64,000 nucleotides of DNA from Rhodospirillales bacterium (lineage in GTDB: Bacteria > Pseudomonadota > Alphaproteobacteria > Rhodospirillales > 2-12-FULL-67-15), in NCBI GenBank assembly GCA_016872535.1, contig VGZQ01000004.1:2626-66625 (forward strand), read 5' to 3'. Under the pieces are notes generated by a model. That model saw only the letters and a program-made list of their open reading frames with translations. It was not told the DNA's origin and did no database searches. Shown one piece after another: positions 1-8,426 of the stretch (its first letter is position 1; every line of letters begins with the position of its first letter). Made by a program: the position numbers and the translations under genes.

Positions 1-1
1 C

Positions 2-607
<606 letters not shown>

Positions 608-630
608 CCGCGCGCGAGCGCGTATCGTCG

Positions 631-668
631 GCCCCGGGGGTACTCCCTTCCCCCGGGGCTTTTTTTTA
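631..668 (+). terminator. Rho-independent terminator after nirS
   Basis: Hairpin GCCCCGGGG-N11-CCCCGGGGC followed by a run of 8 T, 24 nt after the nirS stop. Confidence 0.7.
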
Positions 669-680
669 TGATCTGAGTAT

Positions 681-694
681 TTAACCCCGGTCAA
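681..694 (+). promoter_or_regulatory. FNR/Dnr/NnrR-like box (imperfect) upstream of nnrS
   Basis: TTAAC-CCCG-GTCAA is a 9/10 match to the palindrome TTGAC-N4-GTCAA that occurs perfectly at 8667. It is centred about 70 nt upstream of the in-frame ATG at 757. It overlaps the first possible nnrS start (694), so its role is uncertain. Confidence 0.35.
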
Positions 695-1953
695 TGTACG
701 CCGGCGGCGCGCGGCTCATGGTTGCGCGACACTTGTTCAGATGGCGACCGAAGTCGATGCGCGCGTTTCTCCACGTATTCCTGTCCCACGGTTTCCGCCC
801 GTTCTTCCTGTTTGCCGGCGCTTACGCGGTCATCGCCGCCGCGGCCTGGCTTGCGATCCTGCACCGGCTGTACACCGGCACGGCCGGTTCCTTTCCGCAC
901 GGCGCGATGCCGCCCCATTTCTGGCACGGCCACGAAATGCTGTTCGGCTACGTCGCTGCGGCCGTCGCCGGGTTCTTCCTGACTGCGGTTCCGAGCTGGA
1001 CCGGCCGCGCCCCGGTGCGCGGCGGAACGCTCGGCGCGCTCGCGCTCGCCTGGATCGCCGGACGGATTGCGTTGTGGGGCGCGGCGGCGCTGCCGCCGCT
1101 GCTGGTCGCGATCCTCGATCTCGCCTTCGTGCCGTTTCTCGCAGCCCTGGTGATCCGGGCGCTGGCGGGCGGCTGGTCGAGGCGCAACGCGATCTTTCTT
1201 CCCGTGTTCGCGGCGCTGTTTGCCGCCAATCTTCTCTATCACCTGGATGCCGCCGGGATCGCTCCCGGTTATGCCGGGCGCGGCCTCAACCTCGCCCTCG
1301 ACACCGTGCTGTTCCTGATCGCCGTGCTCGGCGGGCGGGTCGTTCCCGCCTTCACCACCAACGCGCTCCGGCGCGCGGGCGAGGAACGCCTGCCGGTCTC
1401 GCGCGCGCCGCTCGAAGCCGCCGCGCTGCTCGCCGTCGTCGCGCTCGCCGCGGTCGACTTTCTCGCGCCCGACGGACGCGCGGCCGGCGCCGTCGCCGCG
1501 ATCGCCGCCGTCCTGCACGCGGCTCGATTCGCGGGTTGGCGCGGCCACCGCACGCTCGCCGAGCCGATCCTGTGGATCATCCATCTCGGCTATCTTTGGC
1601 TGATCGTCGGCTTCGCCCTCAAGGCGATGGCGCTGCTCGGCGGGTGGCTGCCGCCGACCGCGGCGAGCCACGCGCTCACCATCGGCGCGATCGGCTGCAT
1701 GACGCTCGGCGTCATGTCGCGGGCGGCGCTCGGCCATACCGGACGCGAGCTGCGCGTGGCGCCGGCGATCGTCGCCGCCTATCTGTTGGTGACGGCGGCG
1801 GCGCTCGCGCGCGTCCTCGGGCCCGCGCTGCTGCCCGCGTACGCGCTCCAGGCGCTCGCCGTCACCGCGGTCCTGTGGATCGCCGGGTTCGGCCTGTTCA
1901 CTTATATATATGTCCCGATCCTGCTTCGGCCGCGCGCGCGGGCCGAAGGATAG
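694..1953 (+). CDS. nnrS: NnrS family membrane protein (NO-response regulon heme/copper protein)
   Basis: Polytopic membrane ORF with the N-terminal HGFRPFFL motif typical of NnrS, next to nirS and a Crp/Fnr regulator. Start is ambiguous: 694, 718 or 757. Start 757 fits the upstream box spacing best. Confidence 0.85.
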   Translation: MYAGGARLMVARHLFRWRPKSMRAFLHVFLSHGFRPFFLFAGAYAVIAAAAWLAILHRLYTGTAGSFPHGAMPPHFWHGHEMLFGYVAAAVAGFFLTAVPSWTGRAPVRGGTLGALALAWIAGRIALWGAAALPPLLVAILDLAFVPFLAALVIRALAGGWSRRNAIFLPVFAALFAANLLYHLDAAGIAPGYAGRGLNLALDTVLFLIAVLGGRVVPAFTTNALRRAGEERLPVSRAPLEAAALLAVVALAAVDFLAPDGRAAGAVAAIAAVLHAARFAGWRGHRTLAEPILWIIHLGYLWLIVGFALKAMALLGGWLPPTAASHALTIGAIGCMTLGVMSRAALGHTGRELRVAPAIVAAYLLVTAAALARVLGPALLPAYALQALAVTAVLWIAGFGLFTYIYVPILLRPRARAEG

Positions 1954-1954
1954 A

Positions 1955-2689
1955 TCAGCGCGACGCGGCCATGTCGGTGCGATCGGCGCCGGCGCAGAAC
2001 CGGGCCAGCCGGGCGACGTCGGCGACGATCACCCGGTGGTTTTCGGTCTTGACGCCGAGCTTGCGCAGCTTGGCCAGCACGCGCGACAGGCTTTCCGGCT
2101 TCATGGCGAGCCGCGCGGCGAGCAACGATTTGTCGTAGGGCAACGCGATCACCGCCGAACCTTCCCGCACCGGACAGCGCTTGAGGATGAATTCGGCGAC
2201 TCGCTCGGTCGCGGAACGGGTCTGCAACTGCTCCGATTCGTTGATCAGGTGATGAAGACGGGCCGACAGCGACGCCAACATGCCGAGCGCGATCTCCGGT
2301 TCCGATTGGACCCATTGCCGGAACGGCTGATTGGAGATGCGAACCAGTCGGGCGTCTTCCGCGACCAGGGCGCTGGCGGGGTAGCGGCCGCCCAGGAACA
2401 TGGCCGCCTCGGCGAAACACTCGCCACGGCTCAGGATGTGAATCACCGCTTCGTCGCCGTGGGGCGTCTGGCGAAAAAGTTTCACCCATCCCGACAGCAC
2501 CACGAAGAAACCGTCGGCCGCGTCGCCTTGCTGGAACAGCAGATGCCCTTTCGGATAGGTGCGCGGGGCGGCGCCCTTCAGCAACGTCTCCAGCTTGTCG
2601 CCCGGAATCCTGTTGAAAATTGTCAGTTGGCGGACGATGTCGAGATCGTCATCCGTCATGCGCGGAAACCCCTCTTTTTTTTCCGCCAT
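1955..2689 (-). CDS. Crp/Fnr family transcription factor, NnrR/Dnr-like
   Basis: 244 aa with a cNMP-binding-like beta-roll (GDAADGFFVVLSGWVKL). C-terminal HTH carries the E-x2-SR recognition motif (PESLSRVLAKL). No N-terminal Cys cluster, so not an FeS FNR; NO-responsive subtype is inferred from context. Confidence 0.85.
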   Translation of the reverse strand: MAEKKEGFPRMTDDDLDIVRQLTIFNRIPGDKLETLLKGAAPRTYPKGHLLFQQGDAADGFFVVLSGWVKLFRQTPHGDEAVIHILSRGECFAEAAMFLGGRYPASALVAEDARLVRISNQPFRQWVQSEPEIALGMLASLSARLHHLINESEQLQTRSATERVAEFILKRCPVREGSAVIALPYDKSLLAARLAMKPESLSRVLAKLRKLGVKTENHRVIVADVARLARFCAGADRTDMAASR

Positions 2690-2737
2690 CCAGAATAGCG
2701 GCTTTGGGATGAAAATCCAGCCGAACCGACGGGGGGG

Positions 2738-3139
2738 CTACACGCCGAGGACGCGGTGGAGCCTCGCGTCCTGCTCGCGGAAGTGGTCGACGAACCAAGC
2801 CTTGAGGCGGCCGCCGAACTCGGCGCGGAACGTCTCGTCGTCCTCGCTGCCCTCGTAGCTGTCCATCAGGTCGCGGATTTCGTCGAGCAGACGCTCGTGA
2901 TCGAACTTGTGCGCCGCGTAGCCGTCGTAGCGGCGCTCGCGCATGACCGATTCCTCCAGCGCGAAGTGGGCCGAGATGCGCGCGTACACCTCGCCGAGGA
3001 AGGCGACGATGTTTTCGCGCGAACCGTCCCCGGCCAAATCGGCATACAGGCTGTTGAGCAGATTGATCATTTCCTGGTGCTCGTGATCGAGCGCCGGAAT
3101 GCCGGTCTTGAAGTCGTCTCGCCATTCGATCAGGGTCAT
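2738..3139 (-). CDS. bacteriohemerythrin
   Basis: 133 aa with the canonical di-iron ligand motifs LDHEHQE, HFALEE, HKFDHERL and WFVDHFREQD. Sits 18 nt downstream of the preceding operon gene. Confidence 0.85.
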   Translation of the reverse strand: MTLIEWRDDFKTGIPALDHEHQEMINLLNSLYADLAGDGSRENIVAFLGEVYARISAHFALEESVMRERRYDGYAAHKFDHERLLDEIRDLMDSYEGSEDDETFRAEFGGRLKAWFVDHFREQDARLHRVLGV

Positions 3140-3157
3140 GATTCCGTTTCCTCATCC

Positions 3158-3661
3158 TCAACGGAACACGAAGCCGCCGGTCGCGGCACGGAAGTCGACC
3201 GCCAGGCTCTGGCGGGGCGCCAGCGTCGCCTCGGTCGCGCCATGATAATCGAATCCCTCGCCGCGCGGAGAATCCCTGAGCCGCGCCTCTATGCGGTGCG
3301 TGCCCGGCGCGACGACGAACCGGCGATGAACGTTGGATGGAAAATCCTTGGCGAAGCCCTTGGGCGGAAGCGATTCGCGGAACAGGATCTTGCCGTCCAC
3401 CTCAAGCTCGACCAGCAGCGCGACGCGCTCGCGCGGACACACCAGCTTGCGGCGCATGTTGGGGGCGAGCTTGGCCAGTTCGTCGGCCGCGCGCTCGCGG
3501 CATTCGCCCGCGGGCTTGCCGCCGTGGGTGAACGACAGCACGATCTGAGCTTGATCCGGCGGCGCGGGCGCGTAGGCCGGGCCGTTGGCAAACACGCCAA
3601 GTATCGCGGCGAAGATAGCGTAGGTGACGCCTTGTCCGACGAGCGCGAGGGGACGGATCAT
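3158..3661 (-). CDS. membrane-anchored hypothetical protein (operon member, unknown family)
   Basis: 167-aa ORF whose ATG overlaps the stop of the upstream fusion gene (ATGA at 3658-3661). N-terminal hydrophobic anchor TYAIFAAILGVFA, then a soluble domain with two Cys. No family recognised. Confidence 0.6.
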   Translation of the reverse strand: MIRPLALVGQGVTYAIFAAILGVFANGPAYAPAPPDQAQIVLSFTHGGKPAGECRERAADELAKLAPNMRRKLVCPRERVALLVELEVDGKILFRESLPPKGFAKDFPSNVHRRFVVAPGTHRIEARLRDSPRGEGFDYHGATEATLAPRQSLAVDFRAATGGFVFR

Positions 3662-5232
3662 GCGCGCTCTCCCGCGGCTTCGGCGACGCGGCGTTTATCG
3701 GCGGGCGGAAACGACGGCGCCGGCTTGAGCGCCGCGAGCTGCGCTGCGAACGCCGACAGCTCGGCGGCGATCGCGCCCTTGTCCGATGTCCAGATCCTCA
3801 CCAGACGATCGCGGGGGACGCGCGCGCGCAAGGCCGGATCGCGCGCGCCCTCGATCCGCTCCTCGGTCCAGCGCACGCCGAGGCGGGCGCGGCAATGGGC
3901 GTTGCGGCAGCCGGTCAGCACCACGCCGTCCGCCAGATCGCGACTCAGGATATAGTCCACGAACGGCGGCGGCAGCATGCCGGTGCACGGCAGACTGACG
4001 GCGGCGATGCCGGGGGCCGCGAAATTGGCGACCTTCGCGCCGTGGTCGCAACCGAAGACGAGGATGCGCGGGCGGGCGCGCAAGCCCCGGCTCGCGGCCT
4101 CGACCTTGTCACGCAGCGCGGCGGTGGTCAGATCCGGGATTTCGATCCCGGCCACCAATTCGCCCATGCGCCGGAACGGCATCGCCGTCGGGCACGCCCC
4201 GGCGCAGATGCCGCAGCCGACGCACAATCCGGGATCGACCACGGGTTCCTCGGGGAACGGCCGGTCATCGGTTCGGCGCCCCATGCGGATGGCGGCGAAT
4301 GGGCAGTCGGTGGCGCACCGCCGGCAGCCGTTGCAGCTTTCGAGGTTGACGACGGCCGCGGCGACCTTCTTTTCGGGCGGCACCCACGGCAACGCCATCA
4401 GCGCGAAACTGCCGCCAACCAGGACGGCCCATGTGAACAGCGGCGACGTCGCCTCGATCAGCGGGTAGACCCACAGGTAATACCAGTCGAGCTTGACCGG
4501 CGTCGGCACCTGGGCGAGGTCCGCTGGCCCCTGGCTCATCGCCGGCACGACCAGCGAAAGAACCAGCAGCATCGCCGCCGTCCCGATCGCGAGCCCGCGC
4601 GCCGGGTTCACCTTGGCGTAGTTCACCCGCTGCAGGTGGAACCACATGATGAACAGCAGCACCAGCGGCACGGCGACGTGCATGAAGATCATCAGGGTGA
4701 AGAACCGGTCGCTGAGCTGGGCCGGCGAGGCGAAATTGCGCGCGATCTGCTCGCCGAACAGCGGCAGCGCGTCCAACCATTCGCTGGTGGCGATCGCGAT
4801 GTATTGGGCGAGCCGGTCCCACACCATCCAATAGCCGGTGATCCCGGCGGCGAACAGGAACCAAAGGGTCGGAATGCCGGTCAGCCACGAATACCAGCGC
4901 GCGCCGCGATAGCGGTCAAAGGCGAATTCGCGCAGCATGTGCACGACCACCATCACGACCATCGCGTCGGAAGCGTAGCGGTGCAGGCTGCGCATCACGC
5001 CGGCGAGATACCACTGTTCGTGGGTCATGTACTCGACCGAGCGGTAGGCTTCGTGGACGCCGGTGTCGAAGAAGATGAAGAGATAGAGTCCGGTCCCGCA
5101 CACGATCCAGAAATAGTACCAACCGAGCGCGCCCAGGCACGAAAACGGATTCCAGCGCGGCCCGAAAATCCGATCGAAGAGATTTTCGGCGTGTTCGAAC
5201 AGGAAACGGAGCGGGGCGCGGACGGCGTTCAC
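3658..5232 (-). CDS. cytochrome b-like di-heme membrane domain fused to 2x[4Fe-4S] ferredoxin and MvhD/FlpD-like iron-sulfur domain
   Basis: GTG 5232 overlaps the senC stop (GTGA). Two H-x13-H pairs lie on hydrophobic helices (SLHRYASDAMVVMVVVH, FMHVAVPLVLLFIMWFH). Two ferredoxin motifs: CNGCRRCATDCP and CVGCGICAGACP. C-terminal ILVFGCDHGA...LPCTG...DGVVLTGCRNAHC resembles the hydrogenase/Hdr-associated delta subunit. The first 275 codons of track ORF 3658..6060 are rejected. Confidence 0.8.
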   Translation of the reverse strand: MNAVRAPLRFLFEHAENLFDRIFGPRWNPFSCLGALGWYYFWIVCGTGLYLFIFFDTGVHEAYRSVEYMTHEQWYLAGVMRSLHRYASDAMVVMVVVHMLREFAFDRYRGARWYSWLTGIPTLWFLFAAGITGYWMVWDRLAQYIAIATSEWLDALPLFGEQIARNFASPAQLSDRFFTLMIFMHVAVPLVLLFIMWFHLQRVNYAKVNPARGLAIGTAAMLLVLSLVVPAMSQGPADLAQVPTPVKLDWYYLWVYPLIEATSPLFTWAVLVGGSFALMALPWVPPEKKVAAAVVNLESCNGCRRCATDCPFAAIRMGRRTDDRPFPEEPVVDPGLCVGCGICAGACPTAMPFRRMGELVAGIEIPDLTTAALRDKVEAASRGLRARPRILVFGCDHGAKVANFAAPGIAAVSLPCTGMLPPPFVDYILSRDLADGVVLTGCRNAHCRARLGVRWTEERIEGARDPALRARVPRDRLVRIWTSDKGAIAAELSAFAAQLAALKPAPSFPPADKRRVAEAAGERA

Positions 5233-6089
5233 GCGGGAAACCGACGCCCGCCGGCTCGGCCCCCGCCGGGCGGCCGGAAATGCCTCAACCACGCGCGTGC
5301 CACCACGAAGCCGATAGCGAACAACGTCAACGCGCCGACGCCGACGATGATCGGTACCCGGTAATCGAACCGGTAGCGGCCGATCGACGGATCGTAGATG
5401 GTGCAGTAGAGCTTGACTCGTCCCACGATCCCTTCCCAACTCGCGAGCGACGAGAAGCGACCGAACACCAGATCCTTGAGCGGCTCGACCAGTTGCTGCG
5501 GCTCGAAATCGGCGCCGTAGACCTGGCGGTAGACCTTGCCCTCGGCGTCGAGCAGCGTCACCTGGGCGAGATGGTCGAACCCCTTGGCCGAGGCGAAGAA
5601 GATGAACCCGGTTTCCTCGGCGAGGCGGTCGACGGTCGCGGCGTCGGCGCTGAGAAAATCCCAGTTCGGCAGCCGGATGCCCTGGGCGCGGGCGAACGCC
5701 TTCATGCGTTCGGGCGTGTCGGCGCGGGCGTCGAATCCGATGGTTATCACCCGGAACGTGTCCCGGCCGATGGACTCCTGTGCCAGTTCGACGCCGTTGA
5801 TCAAACTGTGGGTGATCAGCGGGCAGACGTCGGCGCAACTGGTGTAAATCAGGTTCATGACCACCGGCTTGCCGCGCAGGTCGGCCAGCGCCACGGGCTT
5901 GCCGGAACGGTCGCGGAATTCGTGCGCGCCGACGGTGCGGCCGATCGCCGCTTGGCTGAATTTGAATGCGGCCATGTCGTCGAAGGGCGCGCCGGCGGCC
6001 CGCGCGTCCGCGGAAGCGAACAGGACGGCCGACAGAGCCGCCCCCGCGACGATCCCCCACCCGCTCACGGATCGAAACCGATACGCCAC
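5229..6089 (-). CDS. senC: SCO1/SenC family copper chaperone with extra C-terminal TM helix
   Basis: GTG start preceded by GAGAGGGG. Signal/anchor GWGIVAGAALSAVLFASA, thioredoxin-fold CADVCP (CxxxCP) and a downstream FDH His. C-terminal hydrophobic helix IIVGVGALTLFAIGFVVA. Only the last 286 codons of track ORF 5229..7556 are real. Confidence 0.8.
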   Translation of the reverse strand: MAYRFRSVSGWGIVAGAALSAVLFASADARAAGAPFDDMAAFKFSQAAIGRTVGAHEFRDRSGKPVALADLRGKPVVMNLIYTSCADVCPLITHSLINGVELAQESIGRDTFRVITIGFDARADTPERMKAFARAQGIRLPNWDFLSADAATVDRLAEETGFIFFASAKGFDHLAQVTLLDAEGKVYRQVYGADFEPQQLVEPLKDLVFGRFSSLASWEGIVGRVKLYCTIYDPSIGRYRFDYRVPIIVGVGALTLFAIGFVVARAWLRHFRPPGGGRAGGRRFPA

Positions 6090-6163
6090 CGACTTACCCC
6101 TCTCTCGTCCCGCCGGCCCGCCGCATCGCGGCGGGCCGGCCGAACGCTCGTCGAACGGCCGCG

Positions 6164-7858
6164 TCAGCGGAGCGGCCAAACCTCCGACAGGTACTTCCAG
6201 TTGATGAAATAGTAGAGCACGAAGGAGACGAAGAACACCGTTACCAGGATCGCCGTTCCCGGCAGCTTGAGCGTCGCCTCGCTGCCGTAGCTCGCGACCG
6301 CCGCGCCGCCGCCGGGATTGACGACCGGATTGCGCTTGATCGCGGCCTCGTCGCGGGGCCTGCCGAAGAACACCGAACCGACCACGACGACGACGAAGAT
6401 GATTCCGCCCACGGTCGCCAACACCGCCGACAGGCCGTTCAGCCCCATCATCAGAAACGCGGCCGGCGGATGCTCGAACTTGAGCGCCGCGTCGGCGAAG
6501 GTCATGTCCCAGTGCCGGCGCGAAACCCCGAGCGTACCCGCCCCCATCATGAAGAAGCTGATGCCCATGACGCCGAGCCCGAACAGGTAAGGCTGCCATT
6601 TGGCGAGCGTCGGGAACATGATCTCCTTGCGGAAGATCAGCGGCACCACCAGGTACGTGACCGCCATGAACGCGAGCGTCGTGCCCGCGACCACGGTGGC
6701 GTGGAAGTGCCCGGGCACGTAGAGGGTATTGTGCATGATCAGGTTGAGCTGCTCGGAGCCCAGCACCACGCCGGAAATGCCGCCCAGGAACCCGAACATC
6801 ACCACCGACATGGCCATGCCCGAGAACGCCGGGTTGCCCCAGGGTGCGCGGCGCAGCCAGTCGAACGCCCCTTGGGTGAAGCCGCGTCGGCGTTGCGCCG
6901 CCTCGACCGCGCCGGGAACGCTCATGCCGTGGATCATGGAGCCGAGCACCGCGAGATAGATGGCGTAGCTGGTGTTGAACACCTTCCAACTCGAACTGAT
7001 GCCCGGATCGACCAGCAGGTGGTGCGCGGACGCAAGCTGGAGGAAGGCGATGTAGAGCAGGAACGCGCCCCGGCTCACCTTCTCCGACAGCGGCTTCGCG
7101 CCCAGCACCATCGCCGCGATCGTGTACCACACCGCGACGTGCGCGGAGACGTTGATCTGCTGGGACGAATGGCCCATCCCCCACCAAATCACCTTGTACA
7201 TGAGCGAATCGAGGTGCGGGATGATGCCGATCGACCACAGGAACGTCGGCACCAGAATGATCGCGCCCGAGGCGATGGTGTAGACCGCGATCACCGCCGC
7301 CGTCACCGCGCCGAAGGTCACCAACGGGATCGAGCCTTCGTAAGTGCGCTCCTGCTTGGCGATCACCAGCGTGCCGAAGAAGACGAAGCAGGCGATCAGC
7401 GCCCCGACCGCGAACACGACCAGGCCGAGATAGAAGTGCGGCGCCGCCTTCATCGGCACGTAGGAGGTGAACATGACGCTCGATTCGCCCTGCAGGACGG
7501 CGACGTTGGCCATCAACGCGCCGACCAGCATCAGGACGAAGGCGAACCACGCCCATTTCGGCGCGGCGAGCCGCGAATTGAGCAGGATGGCCGACGCGAA
7601 ATAGAGGATCGCGATCTCGAAGAAGATGATCCAGAACAGCAGCACGTCGGCACCATGCGCGGTCAGCGCGAGGTAGAACAAGTCGGCGGGCAGGATGTGC
7701 ACCGCCGGCCAGCGCGTCAGCGCGACCAGCAGGCCGAACAGGCCGCCGATCGCCAGAAACACCACCGCGACCACGGCGTTGATCTTGATCAACGCTTCGG
7801 CGTGGCGGCAGACCTTAAGGCCGGTTTCGGGACAAACCCGATGCATGAAATTTGCCAT
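6164..7858 (-). CDS. heme-copper oxidase superfamily subunit I lacking the cross-link Tyr (sNOR/NorS-like putative nitric oxide reductase)
   Basis: 564 aa, polytopic. All six canonical His ligands are present (LTAHG; WWGMGH; SAHH; PGHFH). The H-x3-Y position reads GHSSQQ, so there is no Tyr. N-terminal HRVCPETGLKVCRH motif. Flanked by a CuA subunit II and SenC, within a denitrification cluster. Confidence 0.85.
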   Translation of the reverse strand: MANFMHRVCPETGLKVCRHAEALIKINAVVAVVFLAIGGLFGLLVALTRWPAVHILPADLFYLALTAHGADVLLFWIIFFEIAILYFASAILLNSRLAAPKWAWFAFVLMLVGALMANVAVLQGESSVMFTSYVPMKAAPHFYLGLVVFAVGALIACFVFFGTLVIAKQERTYEGSIPLVTFGAVTAAVIAVYTIASGAIILVPTFLWSIGIIPHLDSLMYKVIWWGMGHSSQQINVSAHVAVWYTIAAMVLGAKPLSEKVSRGAFLLYIAFLQLASAHHLLVDPGISSSWKVFNTSYAIYLAVLGSMIHGMSVPGAVEAAQRRRGFTQGAFDWLRRAPWGNPAFSGMAMSVVMFGFLGGISGVVLGSEQLNLIMHNTLYVPGHFHATVVAGTTLAFMAVTYLVVPLIFRKEIMFPTLAKWQPYLFGLGVMGISFFMMGAGTLGVSRRHWDMTFADAALKFEHPPAAFLMMGLNGLSAVLATVGGIIFVVVVVGSVFFGRPRDEAAIKRNPVVNPGGGAAVASYGSEATLKLPGTAILVTVFFVSFVLYYFINWKYLSEVWPLR

Positions 7859-7867
7859 GTTCGCCCC

Positions 7868-8413
7868 CTATTTCCGTTCAACCACGTGGATGCGGCCGAG
7901 CATGTTGTGATGGCCGATCCCGCAGAATTCGTTGCAGATGATGGCGAACTCGCCCGCCTGGGTCGGCGTCACGGTCAGCACCATCTCGTAATCGGGGTGG
8001 ACCTGGATGTTGATGTTGGTCGGCTGCAGCGAGAACCCGTGCAGCCAGTCCATCGAGGACATGTGCAGCCGGTAGCTTTGGCCCTTCTCAAGCTCGAGGA
8101 TCGGCCACCATTCCCACAGGCGCGCGATCAGGTAGGCGTCGCCGCCCGCGGGCGGCTTCACAACCGGGATCTTGGTATCGCCTTCCTCGCGCACTTTGTA
8201 TTTCGCCACGAAGGCCTCGGCCTTGGCCGCGAACGCCTCGGGTTTGATCTTGTAGGCCTCGTTCGACAGATTCTGTTGCCCGGCGATGTGCCAATAGACC
8301 ATCGTCAGAAACATGATGATGCCCCACAGGAAGGCGATCGTGATCCACACGATCTCCATCTTGTGCAGGGGCTCGTTCCACCACAGTTTGTTTTCCGGAG
8401 GTGTGAGTGCCAT
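7868..8413 (-). CDS. heme-copper oxidase subunit II with CuA centre (NorY-like)
   Basis: 181 aa from ATG 8413. One N-terminal TM helix, then a cupredoxin domain with CuA ligands WLHGF...CNEFCGIGHHNM (CxExCGxxHxxM). 9-nt gap to subunit I. Confidence 0.8.
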   Translation of the reverse strand: MALTPPENKLWWNEPLHKMEIVWITIAFLWGIIMFLTMVYWHIAGQQNLSNEAYKIKPEAFAAKAEAFVAKYKVREEGDTKIPVVKPPAGGDAYLIARLWEWWPILELEKGQSYRLHMSSMDWLHGFSLQPTNINIQVHPDYEMVLTVTPTQAGEFAIICNEFCGIGHHNMLGRIHVVERK

Positions 8414-8426
8414 GATTCGCCCCCTG

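Noticed and set aside
5233-6060. N-terminal 276 codons of the 800-aa track ORF 3658..6060
   Set aside because: This part is extremely Arg/Gly/Pro-rich with no motifs. It lies entirely over the senC gene in another frame. The conserved cytochrome b-like sequence begins right after GTG 5232, which overlaps the senC stop.
6090-7556. Upstream 489 codons of the 775-aa track ORF 5229..7556
   Set aside because: Shadow frame over the subunit I gene with low-complexity Arg/Gly content. Only the last 286 codons (SenC, GTG 6089 with RBS) look genuine.
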